This document shows positions 1 to 6,335 of a stretch of DNA of 8,013 nucleotides, piece by piece. Position numbers and translations under genes: made by a program. Source of the stretch: Nitrososphaerota archaeon. GTDB lineage: Archaea > Thermoproteota > Nitrososphaeria > Nitrososphaerales > UBA57. The stretch lies in the NCBI GenBank assembly GCA_013378385.1, contig JACAFS010000044.1, positions 1-8,013 of the forward strand. Reading direction: 5' to 3'. The notes under the pieces are model-generated. The model ran no database searches, was not told the origin of the DNA, and saw only the letters and a program-made list of their open reading frames with translations. The stretch's first letter is position 1, and each line of letters opens with the position of its first letter.

Positions 1-1
1 A

Positions 2-595
2 CCTAAAACATATGGCACTCATCAAGATAAAGTTGTAATATTGGATTTTGGAGTAAAAAATGGAATCCTCAGGAATGTATTAAAAAGAAACTATTCTGCA
101 GTAGTAGTTCCATATAATTATGACTTCGATCAAATTATGGCATACGATCCTAAAGGTATAATTATCAGCAATGGTCCTGGTGATCCACAAAGTTGTAATG
201 AATATCTCGATACAATTAATAAAATCTGTAACTCTTCGATTCCTACTTTAGGTATTTGTCTGGGCCATCAATTAATTTCACTTTCACTAGGTGCATCAAC
301 TTATAAATTACAATATGGACATCGAGGACAGAATAAATCTTGTAAAGATTTGGTTAGTGGTAGAAGTTTTGTTACAAGTCAAAACCATGGCTATGCTGTA
401 GATTTAAATTCTTTATCCAACACTGAATTAGAACCTTGGTTTGTTAATCTTGATGATGATTCTCTCGAGGGAGTTAAACACAATAATGATTCTTGTATTG
501 CCGTTCAATTCCACCCTGAAGCACATCCCGGTCCATACGATACTTCATATGTCTTTGATATATTCTTTGACATGTTTACTGGTGATAAATCTTGA
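2..595 (+). CDS. carA: Carbamoyl-phosphate synthase small (glutamine amidotransferase) subunit, 5'-partial; continues upstream of the window
   Basis: The frame is open from nt 2 with no stop (PKTYGTHQDKVVILDFGVKNGILRNVL...). Class-I amidotransferase motifs are present: GICLGHQL (nucleophile Cys) and FHPEA (His/Glu). Stop TGA is at 593-595. The ORF-track start at 41 is only the first in-frame TTG after the window edge. The gene lies immediately upstream of, and overlaps, carB. Confidence 0.93.
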   Translation, partial: PKTYGTHQDKVVILDFGVKNGILRNVLKRNYSAVVVPYNYDFDQIMAYDPKGIIISNGPGDPQSCNEYLDTINKICNSSIPTLGICLGHQLISLSLGASTYKLQYGHRGQNKSCKDLVSGRSFVTSQNHGYAVDLNSLSNTELEPWFVNLDDDSLEGVKHNNDSCIAVQFHPEAHPGPYDTSYVFDIFFDMFTGDKS

Positions 596-3500
596 CTGAT
601 AAAATTAAAAAAGTACTAGTTCTTGGCAGCGGCGCAATAAAAATTGGCGAAGCAGGAGAATTTGATTATTCTGGAAGTCAATGTATGAAAGCTCTTAAGG
701 AAGAAGGCATTGAAACCATACTAGTTAATCCAAATATTGCTACAATTCAAACTGATTCGCGTATCTGTCCTAACGTATATTCTATTCCTGTTATTCCCGA
801 ATTTGTTACTAAAGTAATTGCTAAGGAACGTCCCGATGCCATTTTATTAAGTTTTGGCGGCCAAACTGCATTAAACTGTGGAATTCAACTTGACAAACAA
901 GGCGTCCTATCTAAATATAATGTTAAAGTCCTGGGTACTAAAATTCGCGGAATTGAGATTACTGAAGATAGAGATCTTTTCAAACAAAAGATGACTGAAT
1001 CAGGTATTGATACGCCGAAAAGTCGAGCGGTTTATTCTCTAGAAGAAGCCAAAGAATTGGTTAAAGAACTTGGTTATCCTGTTATGATTCGTGCAGCTTA
1101 TACATTAGGCGGTAAGGGAGGCGGAGTAGCTCATAATGAATATGAACTTGACGAGATTATCATCAAAGGAATTGCCAATAGCATGACAAAACAAGTATTA
1201 ATTGAAGAATATCTCGGAGATTGGAAACAAATTGAATACGAAATAATGCGTGATTCTGATGGAAATTGTGTCACTGTTTGTAATATGGAAAATGTTCTTG
1301 GAATGAAAGTCCACACAGGTGATAATATTGTTGTAGCTCCATCACAAACAATTACTAATCGTGAATATCATAAATTGCGTGAAATCGCAATTAAAGCGGC
1401 AACTGCTTGTGACATTGTTGGCGAATGTAATGTACAATTCTCTTTAGATCCTAATTCTGAAAACTATAATGTAATTGAAATAAATGCAAGGTTGTCACGT
1501 TCTTCTGCACTTGCATCAAAAGCAACTGGATATCCTTTAGCTTATCTCGCTGCTAAAGTTGTATTGGGTAAAACTCTTCCTAAACTCTTCAATCAAGTTA
1601 CTGGTGTTACTACTGCTTGTTTTGAACCATCTCTTGATTATCTTGTGGTTAAAATGCCTCGATGGGATCTTAAAAAGTTTGAAAACGTATCAAGAAAAAT
1701 TGGAACACAAATGAAATCAGTTGGAGAGATTATGTCTATAGGAAGTTCTTTTGAAGAGGCCCTTCAAAAAGCTATTCGTATGGTTGATATAGATAAATTA
1801 GGGTTATGCCAACCTGATTCCTATACTGATTCTAATCCTGAAACTCTTGAAGATAATCTCGTTCACTTCACTGACGAAATTCTATTTCATGTAGTTGAAT
1901 CTCTACGTTCAAATATGACTCCAGACGAAATATCAAGAATATCTACTATAGATAAATGGTTTATTAATAAAATCAAAAATGTTGTTGATTTTGAACGTAA
2001 ATTATTACAAAATCCCGATTTAAACGACAAATCATTCCTTCTCGAGGCCAAGAAAAAAGGTTTTTCAGATAAACAATTAGCTCTTTATCTCGCTAAAGAT
2101 GAATCTGAAGTCCGCAAAATACGAATAAATCATGATATCTTACCCAGAACTAAACAAATTGATACACTTGCAGCTGAATGGCCTGCACAAACAAATTATT
2201 TGTATATGACCTATGATGGTTCTCTTGACGACATTCAACCTTCTAATAAGAAAAAACTTATCGTTTTAGGCGCTGGCACATATAGAATCGGTAGCTCGGT
2301 TGAATTCGATTGGTCTACAATGAATATGGTGTGGGCACTAAAGGAACGTGGTTATGATATTATAGTTGTAAATTGTAATCCTGAAACTGTTTCTACTGAT
2401 TATGACATGAGTGATAGTTTATATTTTGAAGAAATTACACTTGAAAGAATTCTTGATATTTATGATAAAGAAAAACCAGATGGTCTTGTTGCATGTGTTG
2501 GCGGACAAGCCGCAAATAACCTTGTTAATCAATTAAATAATTATGATATTAAATTGTTTGGAACTTCTAGTTCTAATATTGATCGCGCAGAAAATCGTGA
2601 GAAATTTAGCGCCTTATTAGATGAAATTGGCGTCTCTCAACCATCTTGGCAAACATTTACTTCTTTAGATAGCGCCTATAAATTTGCTACTGAACAAAAA
2701 TATCCTCTTCTCGTCAGGCCTTCTTACGTTCTTAGTGGTGCAGCAATGAGAGTAATCTGGACTGACGATAATCTTAAAACATTTCTTGAAGATGCTGCAA
2801 AAGTTAATGCTGATTATCCTGTAGTAGTCAGTAAATTTATTGAAAATGCTCGAGAAATTGAAGTAGACGCAGTCTCTGACGGAACTCATGTCTTTATTGG
2901 GTCTATCATTGAACATATAGAAAAAGCAGGCATCCATTCTGGTGACGCAATAATGACTATTCCGCCTCGAACTTTAGATCCTAGTGAAGAAGCACTGATT
3001 ATTGATTATACAAATAAAATAGCAAAGCAACTACAAATTAAAGGACCATTCAACACGCAATTCATTGTTAAAGACGGATCAGTTTCAGTTATCGAATGTA
3101 ACCTGAGAGCTTCTAGATCTATGCCATTTGTGTCAAAATATATCGGCGTGAATCTTATGCAAATGTCTGCTGATGCATTATTGGGAAAAGAAATCTCTTC
3201 CGATTTCCATAATTATAGAAATATTCAATCTGTTGGTGTAAAAGTTCCTCAGTTCTCTTTTATGCAGTTAGATGGCGCGGATCCTAATCTTGGAGTCGAA
3301 ATGCAATCTACTGGTGAAGTTGCATGTTTTGGTAAAAACTTCTATGACGCTTTTCTTAAATCACTAATCTCTGCCGGTTATAATATACCACGTAAAAATG
3401 GTAGTATACTTGTCAGTATTGGAGGCATTGAGAAAAAACAACAACTCTTACCCGTAATTAAAAAATTCTCTGAACTTGGTTTTAAGACATTTGCTACTGA

Positions 3501-3813
3501 ACATACTGCTGATTTTCTTGATTCTAATAATATTGATTCTATTGCACTCTATAAAATTGGAGAATACGAAAGGAAACCTAATCTAGAAGATTATCTAGTT
3601 AAACGTGAATTCGATTTAATCATCAACATTCCTATGATTAAATCTTCCAATGATGCTGATTCTATAATAGAAGATGAATATCTTATACGCAGAAAAGCGG
3701 TTGAATTGGGGATTCCTGTAATCACAACCATTGAGTTGGCTGAAGTTTTTGTCGAAGGTATTGATTGGCTCAATAATAATACACTCACTATTGCGGAAAC
3801 TGTTAAACAATAA
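592..3813 (+). CDS. carB: Carbamoyl-phosphate synthase large subunit
   Basis: 1073 aa, a typical CarB length. It has two homologous ATP-grasp halves, opening with KKVLVLGSGAIKIGEAGEFDYSG and KKLIVLGAGTYRIGSSVEFDWS, plus a C-terminal MGS-like allosteric domain (GSILVSIGG...). The only start upstream of the conserved N-terminus is TTG 592-594, which overlaps the carA stop (TTGA at 592-595). Confidence 0.97.
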   Translation: MTDKIKKVLVLGSGAIKIGEAGEFDYSGSQCMKALKEEGIETILVNPNIATIQTDSRICPNVYSIPVIPEFVTKVIAKERPDAILLSFGGQTALNCGIQLDKQGVLSKYNVKVLGTKIRGIEITEDRDLFKQKMTESGIDTPKSRAVYSLEEAKELVKELGYPVMIRAAYTLGGKGGGVAHNEYELDEIIIKGIANSMTKQVLIEEYLGDWKQIEYEIMRDSDGNCVTVCNMENVLGMKVHTGDNIVVAPSQTITNREYHKLREIAIKAATACDIVGECNVQFSLDPNSENYNVIEINARLSRSSALASKATGYPLAYLAAKVVLGKTLPKLFNQVTGVTTACFEPSLDYLVVKMPRWDLKKFENVSRKIGTQMKSVGEIMSIGSSFEEALQKAIRMVDIDKLGLCQPDSYTDSNPETLEDNLVHFTDEILFHVVESLRSNMTPDEISRISTIDKWFINKIKNVVDFERKLLQNPDLNDKSFLLEAKKKGFSDKQLALYLAKDESEVRKIRINHDILPRTKQIDTLAAEWPAQTNYLYMTYDGSLDDIQPSNKKKLIVLGAGTYRIGSSVEFDWSTMNMVWALKERGYDIIVVNCNPETVSTDYDMSDSLYFEEITLERILDIYDKEKPDGLVACVGGQAANNLVNQLNNYDIKLFGTSSSNIDRAENREKFSALLDEIGVSQPSWQTFTSLDSAYKFATEQKYPLLVRPSYVLSGAAMRVIWTDDNLKTFLEDAAKVNADYPVVVSKFIENAREIEVDAVSDGTHVFIGSIIEHIEKAGIHSGDAIMTIPPRTLDPSEEALIIDYTNKIAKQLQIKGPFNTQFIVKDGSVSVIECNLRASRSMPFVSKYIGVNLMQMSADALLGKEISSDFHNYRNIQSVGVKVPQFSFMQLDGADPNLGVEMQSTGEVACFGKNFYDAFLKSLISAGYNIPRKNGSILVSIGGIEKKQQLLPVIKKFSELGFKTFATEHTADFLDSNNIDSIALYKIGEYERKPNLEDYLVKREFDLIINIPMIKSSNDADSIIEDEYLIRRKAVELGIPVITTIELAEVFVEGIDWLNNNTLTIAETVKQ

Positions 3814-3814
3814 A

Positions 3815-3819
3815 TTTTT
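3815..3819 (+). terminator. Oligo-T tract (T5) directly after the carB stop; candidate archaeal intrinsic terminator
   Basis: The sequence taaATTTTTAttc places a T5 run 1 nt after the carB stop. Archaeal RNA polymerase terminates at oligo-T tracts. The tract overlaps the stop codon of the convergent gene. Confidence 0.3.
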
Positions 3820-4447
3820 ATTCTAAACTAAATTTTTCTTTAATAATTGGTATTATCTCTCTCAAATCCTTTTTTTCTACAGCAGAATCGGATTTTTCCT
3901 TAATTACTTCTGTTCCATTAAACGAAATCCTCAATCCTGCTAAATCAAATAATTTGATATCATTTGCACCATCTACAGTTATTACTATCTCATCTTTTTG
4001 TTTATTCATCATATCTAAAGTGTTTCTAATTGGTATTGTTTTATCAGACCCCACGTTTATCTCCACTCCTTGTAATTTCTTCTCTTCAAAAATTAATCTA
4101 TTTGAAAAAGCATAATCTATTTGCAATTCTTCTTTAATTCTGTCAATTAAGATATCTGGACCGCCAGAAACAGTTATAGTTTTAAATCCTAACTGCCGTA
4201 ATTCATTAAATGTTTCTTTTGCACCATTCATAATCTGCATATTATCTGCCACTTTCACACAATCTTCATATGACACACCTCTTAATTCATTAATTCTGTC
4301 AATCAGACCTTTTTCCCATTCTATCTCACCGTTTATACCCTTTTTTGTTATCTCCCAGATTTCCTCTTCTTTTCCTACAATTTTCGCTAATTCTGGTAAA
4401 AATTCACCATCAATCAAAACGCCTTCTGTATCAAATATCGCTAACAA
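3818..4447 (-). CDS. serB: HAD-superfamily phosphoserine phosphatase-like protein (SerB family) with atypical motif I
   Basis: 209 aa, collinear from memory with archaeal SerB-type PSP: VSGGPDILIDRIKEELQIDYAFSNRL (motif II Ser), a motif III Lys (GSDKT), motif IV VDGANDI, and a C-terminal EKKDLREIIPIIKE. Motif I reads FDTEGV instead of the usual DxDST. The start is TTG (4447-4445), the first start codon after an upstream in-frame stop. Confidence 0.8.
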   Translation of the reverse strand: MLAIFDTEGVLIDGEFLPELAKIVGKEEEIWEITKKGINGEIEWEKGLIDRINELRGVSYEDCVKVADNMQIMNGAKETFNELRQLGFKTITVSGGPDILIDRIKEELQIDYAFSNRLIFEEKKLQGVEINVGSDKTIPIRNTLDMMNKQKDEIVITVDGANDIKLFDLAGLRISFNGTEVIKEKSDSAVEKKDLREIIPIIKEKFSLE

Positions 4448-4464
4448 TAAATATCCTCTTAATT

Positions 4465-4483
4465 CACAATTTATTAAATTGTG
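4465..4483. promoter_or_regulatory. Perfect palindrome CACAATTTA-T-TAAATTGTG over the predicted TATA region of the SerB-like gene and downstream of rps19e
   Basis: Read directly: 4465-4473 cacaattta, 4474 t, 4475-4483 taaattgtg, which is the exact reverse complement. It lies 18 to 36 nt upstream of the TTG start at 4447 and 26 nt downstream of the rps19e stop at 4509. The AT-rich core TTTATTAAA is TATA-like. Confidence 0.45.
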
Positions 4484-4508
4484 TTAACTAATAAACCTGT
4501 AGAAAATA

Positions 4509-4976
4509 TTATACGTATCTTTTTAATTCAGAATTACTTTCTGCAAGATTCTTTAATAAAACTGCACTAGTCTTATCAACTAAACTCATTCCTTTTCCTG
4601 AAATAATTCTTCCTTGTGTTTCCTTCTTTTCAATATAACCTGCTGATTCTAATTGCTGTAATGGTTTTCTGATTGCCGATTGACCTGCTTTTCGTTGATG
4701 CCTTTTTGCAAATTTAATTTTCTTCTTGCCACCATAAAAATCTTGTAAGTCTGATAATCCTATTGGACCATGTAAGTAAACTTTTCTTAATAAAGAAGCA
4801 CATCTTTCATACCACCAATCATCACTCTGTGGAGGTCTTTCCGCATGTGATCCTGTTTTTACAAAATCTGACCATTCTGGCGGCGTAACAATATTCTCAT
4901 CTTTTAGCTTTGAAGCTAACGTTTCTATTAAGAGATCTGCTGGTACTTCATTAACGTTTGTCAAATTCAGATTCAC
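4509..4976 (-). CDS. rps19e: 30S ribosomal protein eS19 (S19e)
   Basis: 155 aa with hallmark eS19 segments: VPADLLIETLASKLK, PPEWSDFVKTGSHAERPP, DWWYERCASLLRKVYLHGPIGL and GRIISGKGMSLVDK. The start is GTG (4976-4974), 11 nt after the rnp4 stop, so the two are likely co-transcribed. The exact start is uncertain, as an in-frame TTG lies 4 codons downstream. Confidence 0.93.
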   Translation of the reverse strand: MNLNLTNVNEVPADLLIETLASKLKDENIVTPPEWSDFVKTGSHAERPPQSDDWWYERCASLLRKVYLHGPIGLSDLQDFYGGKKKIKFAKRHQRKAGQSAIRKPLQQLESAGYIEKKETQGRIISGKGMSLVDKTSAVLLKNLAESNSELKRYV

Positions 4977-4987
4977 AATAATTTATA

Positions 4988-5308
4988 TCATATATAGGTT
5001 TGACTCTTGTTTATCATTTTTCTATATGTAAACCCACAACATAGACAAGTAATATTTACTGATTTTCTTATCTTTGAAAGTCTTATTCGAGAATTAAATC
5101 CAGGTACAATGAATCGTTTGCATTTATGACAAAACAACATTCTCTGAGAAAACCCACTCTTTATGTTGAATTTCTTTGAGAATTCTCTTGCTTGTTTTGC
5201 TTGTATCTCAGCAAGATTATGATTATCTTTTAACGATTTTTCTACTTCTATGGCTAGGTAACCTACTCTATTTTCAGCTATTTGTCGTTTCTTCTTCTTA
5301 ATATTCAT
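4988..5308 (-). CDS. rnp4: RNase P protein component 4 (Rpp21/Rpr2 family zinc ribbon)
   Basis: 106 aa with an ATG start. A basic helical N-terminus (RQIAENRVGYLAIEVEK...AKQAREFSKKFNIK) is followed by a zinc-ribbon pattern, CHKCKRFIVPGFNSRIRL...VNITCLCCG, characteristic of Rpp21/Rnp4. Confidence 0.85.
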   Translation of the reverse strand: MNIKKKKRQIAENRVGYLAIEVEKSLKDNHNLAEIQAKQAREFSKKFNIKSGFSQRMLFCHKCKRFIVPGFNSRIRLSKIRKSVNITCLCCGFTYRKMINKSQTYI

Positions 5309-5352
5309 TCAATCTACAAAACCTATTTAACAATACAGATTTTTTATATATT
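5309..5352. promoter_or_regulatory. 44-bp divergent intergenic region with two TATA-like boxes (rnp4-rps19e operon leftward, nep1 rightward)
   Basis: TATTTAA at 5324-5330 lies 23 to 29 nt upstream of the nep1 GTG, which fits a leaderless transcript. TTTTTATATAT at 5341-5351 (ATATATAAAAA on the minus strand) lies 33 to 43 nt upstream of the rnp4 ATG. The assignment is by position and AT-rich consensus only. Confidence 0.4.
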
Positions 5353-6015
5353 GTGGACTATATTACGATTATTCTCACTGAATCCGCATTGGAAATGCTT
5401 CCAGATGAATTATTAAACAATTCTAAATCAAAAATTAATACTTCTACGTTTCTAGATAAGAGCTATCATTCACACTTGATGGACGGACTTGATAACGTTG
5501 ACAAAAGAGGAAGACCTGATATCGCCCATATGAGTTCAATGGCAATAACCTCTACTCCTTTATACTTGGAAAAGAAAATAAAATTCTATATCCATACGAT
5601 TTCTGATTATGTACTTGATATTGAATTGGGAGTTCGTTTACCAAAATCATATCATCGGTTTATTGGACTTTTTGAAAAATTATTTCTTAATTATTCAAAA
5701 AATGATAATGATAATCCATTAATCAAAATACAAAAATCATCTTTTAATAACCTTATTGATTCAATTGACCCAGATCATGTTGTTGGGCTGTCCAAACATG
5801 GTAATATACTGACCTCTAATTATGTATCTGATAAAATAATCAATTCAAATCGCCCAACTTTATTAATTGGTGGATTCTCACATGGAACATTTTCTAATAA
5901 TATTCTTAATTCAATCGATGATTTAATCTCTCTTGGAAATCATAATCTCGAATCCCATACAGCATGTTCCAGAATTATATACGAAATTGAGAAATCTAAT
6001 ATTAATATATCATAA
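5353..6015 (+). CDS. nep1: Ribosomal RNA small-subunit methyltransferase Nep1/Emg1 (SPOUT, N1-methylpseudouridine)
   Basis: 220 aa. The N-terminal strand ITIILTESALEMLPDEL and the KRGRPDIAH signature are typical of Nep1/Emg1, and LLIGGFSHG lies in the C-terminal SPOUT knot region. The start is GTG 5353; the next ATG would truncate the conserved N-terminus. Confidence 0.88.
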   Translation: MDYITIILTESALEMLPDELLNNSKSKINTSTFLDKSYHSHLMDGLDNVDKRGRPDIAHMSSMAITSTPLYLEKKIKFYIHTISDYVLDIELGVRLPKSYHRFIGLFEKLFLNYSKNDNDNPLIKIQKSSFNNLIDSIDPDHVVGLSKHGNILTSNYVSDKIINSNRPTLLIGGFSHGTFSNNILNSIDDLISLGNHNLESHTACSRIIYEIEKSNINIS

Positions 6016-6018
6016 ATA

Positions 6019-6026
6019 TTTTTTAT
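6019..6026 (+). promoter_or_regulatory. TATA-like box for tRNA-Gly
   Basis: TTTTTTAT lies 24 to 31 nt upstream of the tRNA 5' end at 6050. This is a positional argument only. Confidence 0.35.
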
Positions 6027-6049
6027 CTACTAATATCTCTTAGAATCTA

Positions 6050-6142
6050 GCGGTTGTCGTCCAGACCTTTAATTAGGGGATAACTTGGTTAGGACACGGG
6101 GTTTCCAACCCCGGAACACGGGTTCAAATCCCGTCGACCGCA
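6050..6142 (+). tRNA. tRNA-Gly(UCC) interrupted by a 19-nt intron in the D-loop
   Basis: Hand fold. Acceptor gcggttg(6050-6056)/cgaccgc(6135-6141). D-stem gtcc(6059-6062)/ggac(6092-6095). Anticodon stem cgggg/ccccg with loop tttccaa (anticodon tcc at 6104-6106). Variable loop is 4 nt. T-arm acggg-ttcaaat-cccgt. Discriminator A6142, with no encoded CCA. The span between the D-stem halves is 29 nt; removing 6065-6083 leaves the loop AGCTTGGTTA and a 74-nt tRNA. Confidence 0.88.
6065..6083 (+). other. Predicted non-canonical tRNA intron (D-loop, about position 15/16) of tRNA-Gly
   Basis: BHB-like motif. The central 4-bp helix is gtcc(6059-6062)/ggat(6078-6081), including one G-U pair. The 5' bulge is aga(6063-6065) and the 3' bulge is aac(6082-6084). 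The inner helix is cct(6066-6068)/agg(6075-6077). Cleaving after the second bulge nucleotide on each side gives the intron acctttaattaggggataa. Confidence 0.7.
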
Positions 6143-6177
6143 TTGTCTATTACTAAAATATCCACAAATTGTAAACA

Positions 6178-6184
6178 TTATATT
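6178..6184 (+). promoter_or_regulatory. TATA-like box for tRNA-Phe
   Basis: TTATATT lies 25 to 31 nt upstream of the tRNA 5' end at 6209. This is a positional argument only. Confidence 0.35.
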
Positions 6185-6208
6185 CTATAATATTGAAATT
6201 TATTCACT

Positions 6209-6296
6209 GCCGAGGTAGCTCAGCCTGGGAGAGATTGTAAACTCCAGCACTCCGCTGAAGCCGGAGCTGTCGCCGGTTCAAATCCGGCTCTCGGCA
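6209..6296 (+). tRNA. tRNA-Phe(GAA) interrupted by a 14-nt intron in the 3' strand of the D-stem
   Basis: Hand fold. Acceptor gccgagg(6209-6215)/tctcggc(6289-6295). D-stem gctc(6218-6221), D-loop agcctggga, and 3' D-stem gag(6231-6233)+c(6248). Anticodon stem ctccg/cggag with loop ctgaagc (anticodon gaa at 6257-6259). Variable loop ctgtc. T-arm gccgg-ttcaaat-ccggc. Discriminator A6296. The cloverleaf closes only if 14 nt are removed, leaving 74 nt. Confidence 0.88.
6234..6247 (+). other. Predicted non-canonical tRNA intron (D-stem, about position 24/25) of tRNA-Phe
   Basis: BHB-like motif. The central helix ggag(6228-6231)/ctcc(6242-6245) is 4 perfect base pairs. The 5' bulge is aga(6232-6234), the 3' bulge is agc(6246-6248), and the inner loop is ttgtaaa. 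The boundary is ambiguous by up to 2 nt because the exon tail (ag) and intron tail (ag) are identical; all choices give the same mature sequence. Confidence 0.7.
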
Positions 6297-6307
6297 TTTC
6301 TAATTAG

Positions 6308-6315
6308 TTATATAT
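6308..6315 (+). promoter_or_regulatory. TATA box for the HAD-IIB gene (probably a leaderless mRNA)
   Basis: TTATATAT lies 21 to 28 nt upstream of the GTG start at 6336. Confidence 0.4.
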
Positions 6316-6335
6316 CACTTTTCTAATTCTATTCT

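Noticed and set aside
1131-3810. Four minus-strand ORFs from the track (1131-1316, 2665-2937, 3591-3788, 3616-3810) lying antisense inside carB
   Set aside because: All lie wholly within a strongly supported, conserved CDS on the other strand. Their translations are low-complexity (S/I/F/N-rich) with no recognisable motifs. They are typical shadow ORFs of AT-rich coding DNA.
592-3813. Internal sequence duplication within carB (two similar halves)
   Set aside because: It is real, but it is the well-known ancient ATP-grasp duplication found in all CarB proteins. It is not a repeat element or a recent event.
6297-6328. Direct repeat TTTCTAATT (6297-6305 and 6320-6328) flanking the HAD-IIB TATA box
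   Set aside because: A 9-mer made almost entirely of A/T in an AT-rich spacer is likely chance. Nothing in the window supports a regulatory role, and it would only merit attention if conserved in orthologous spacers.
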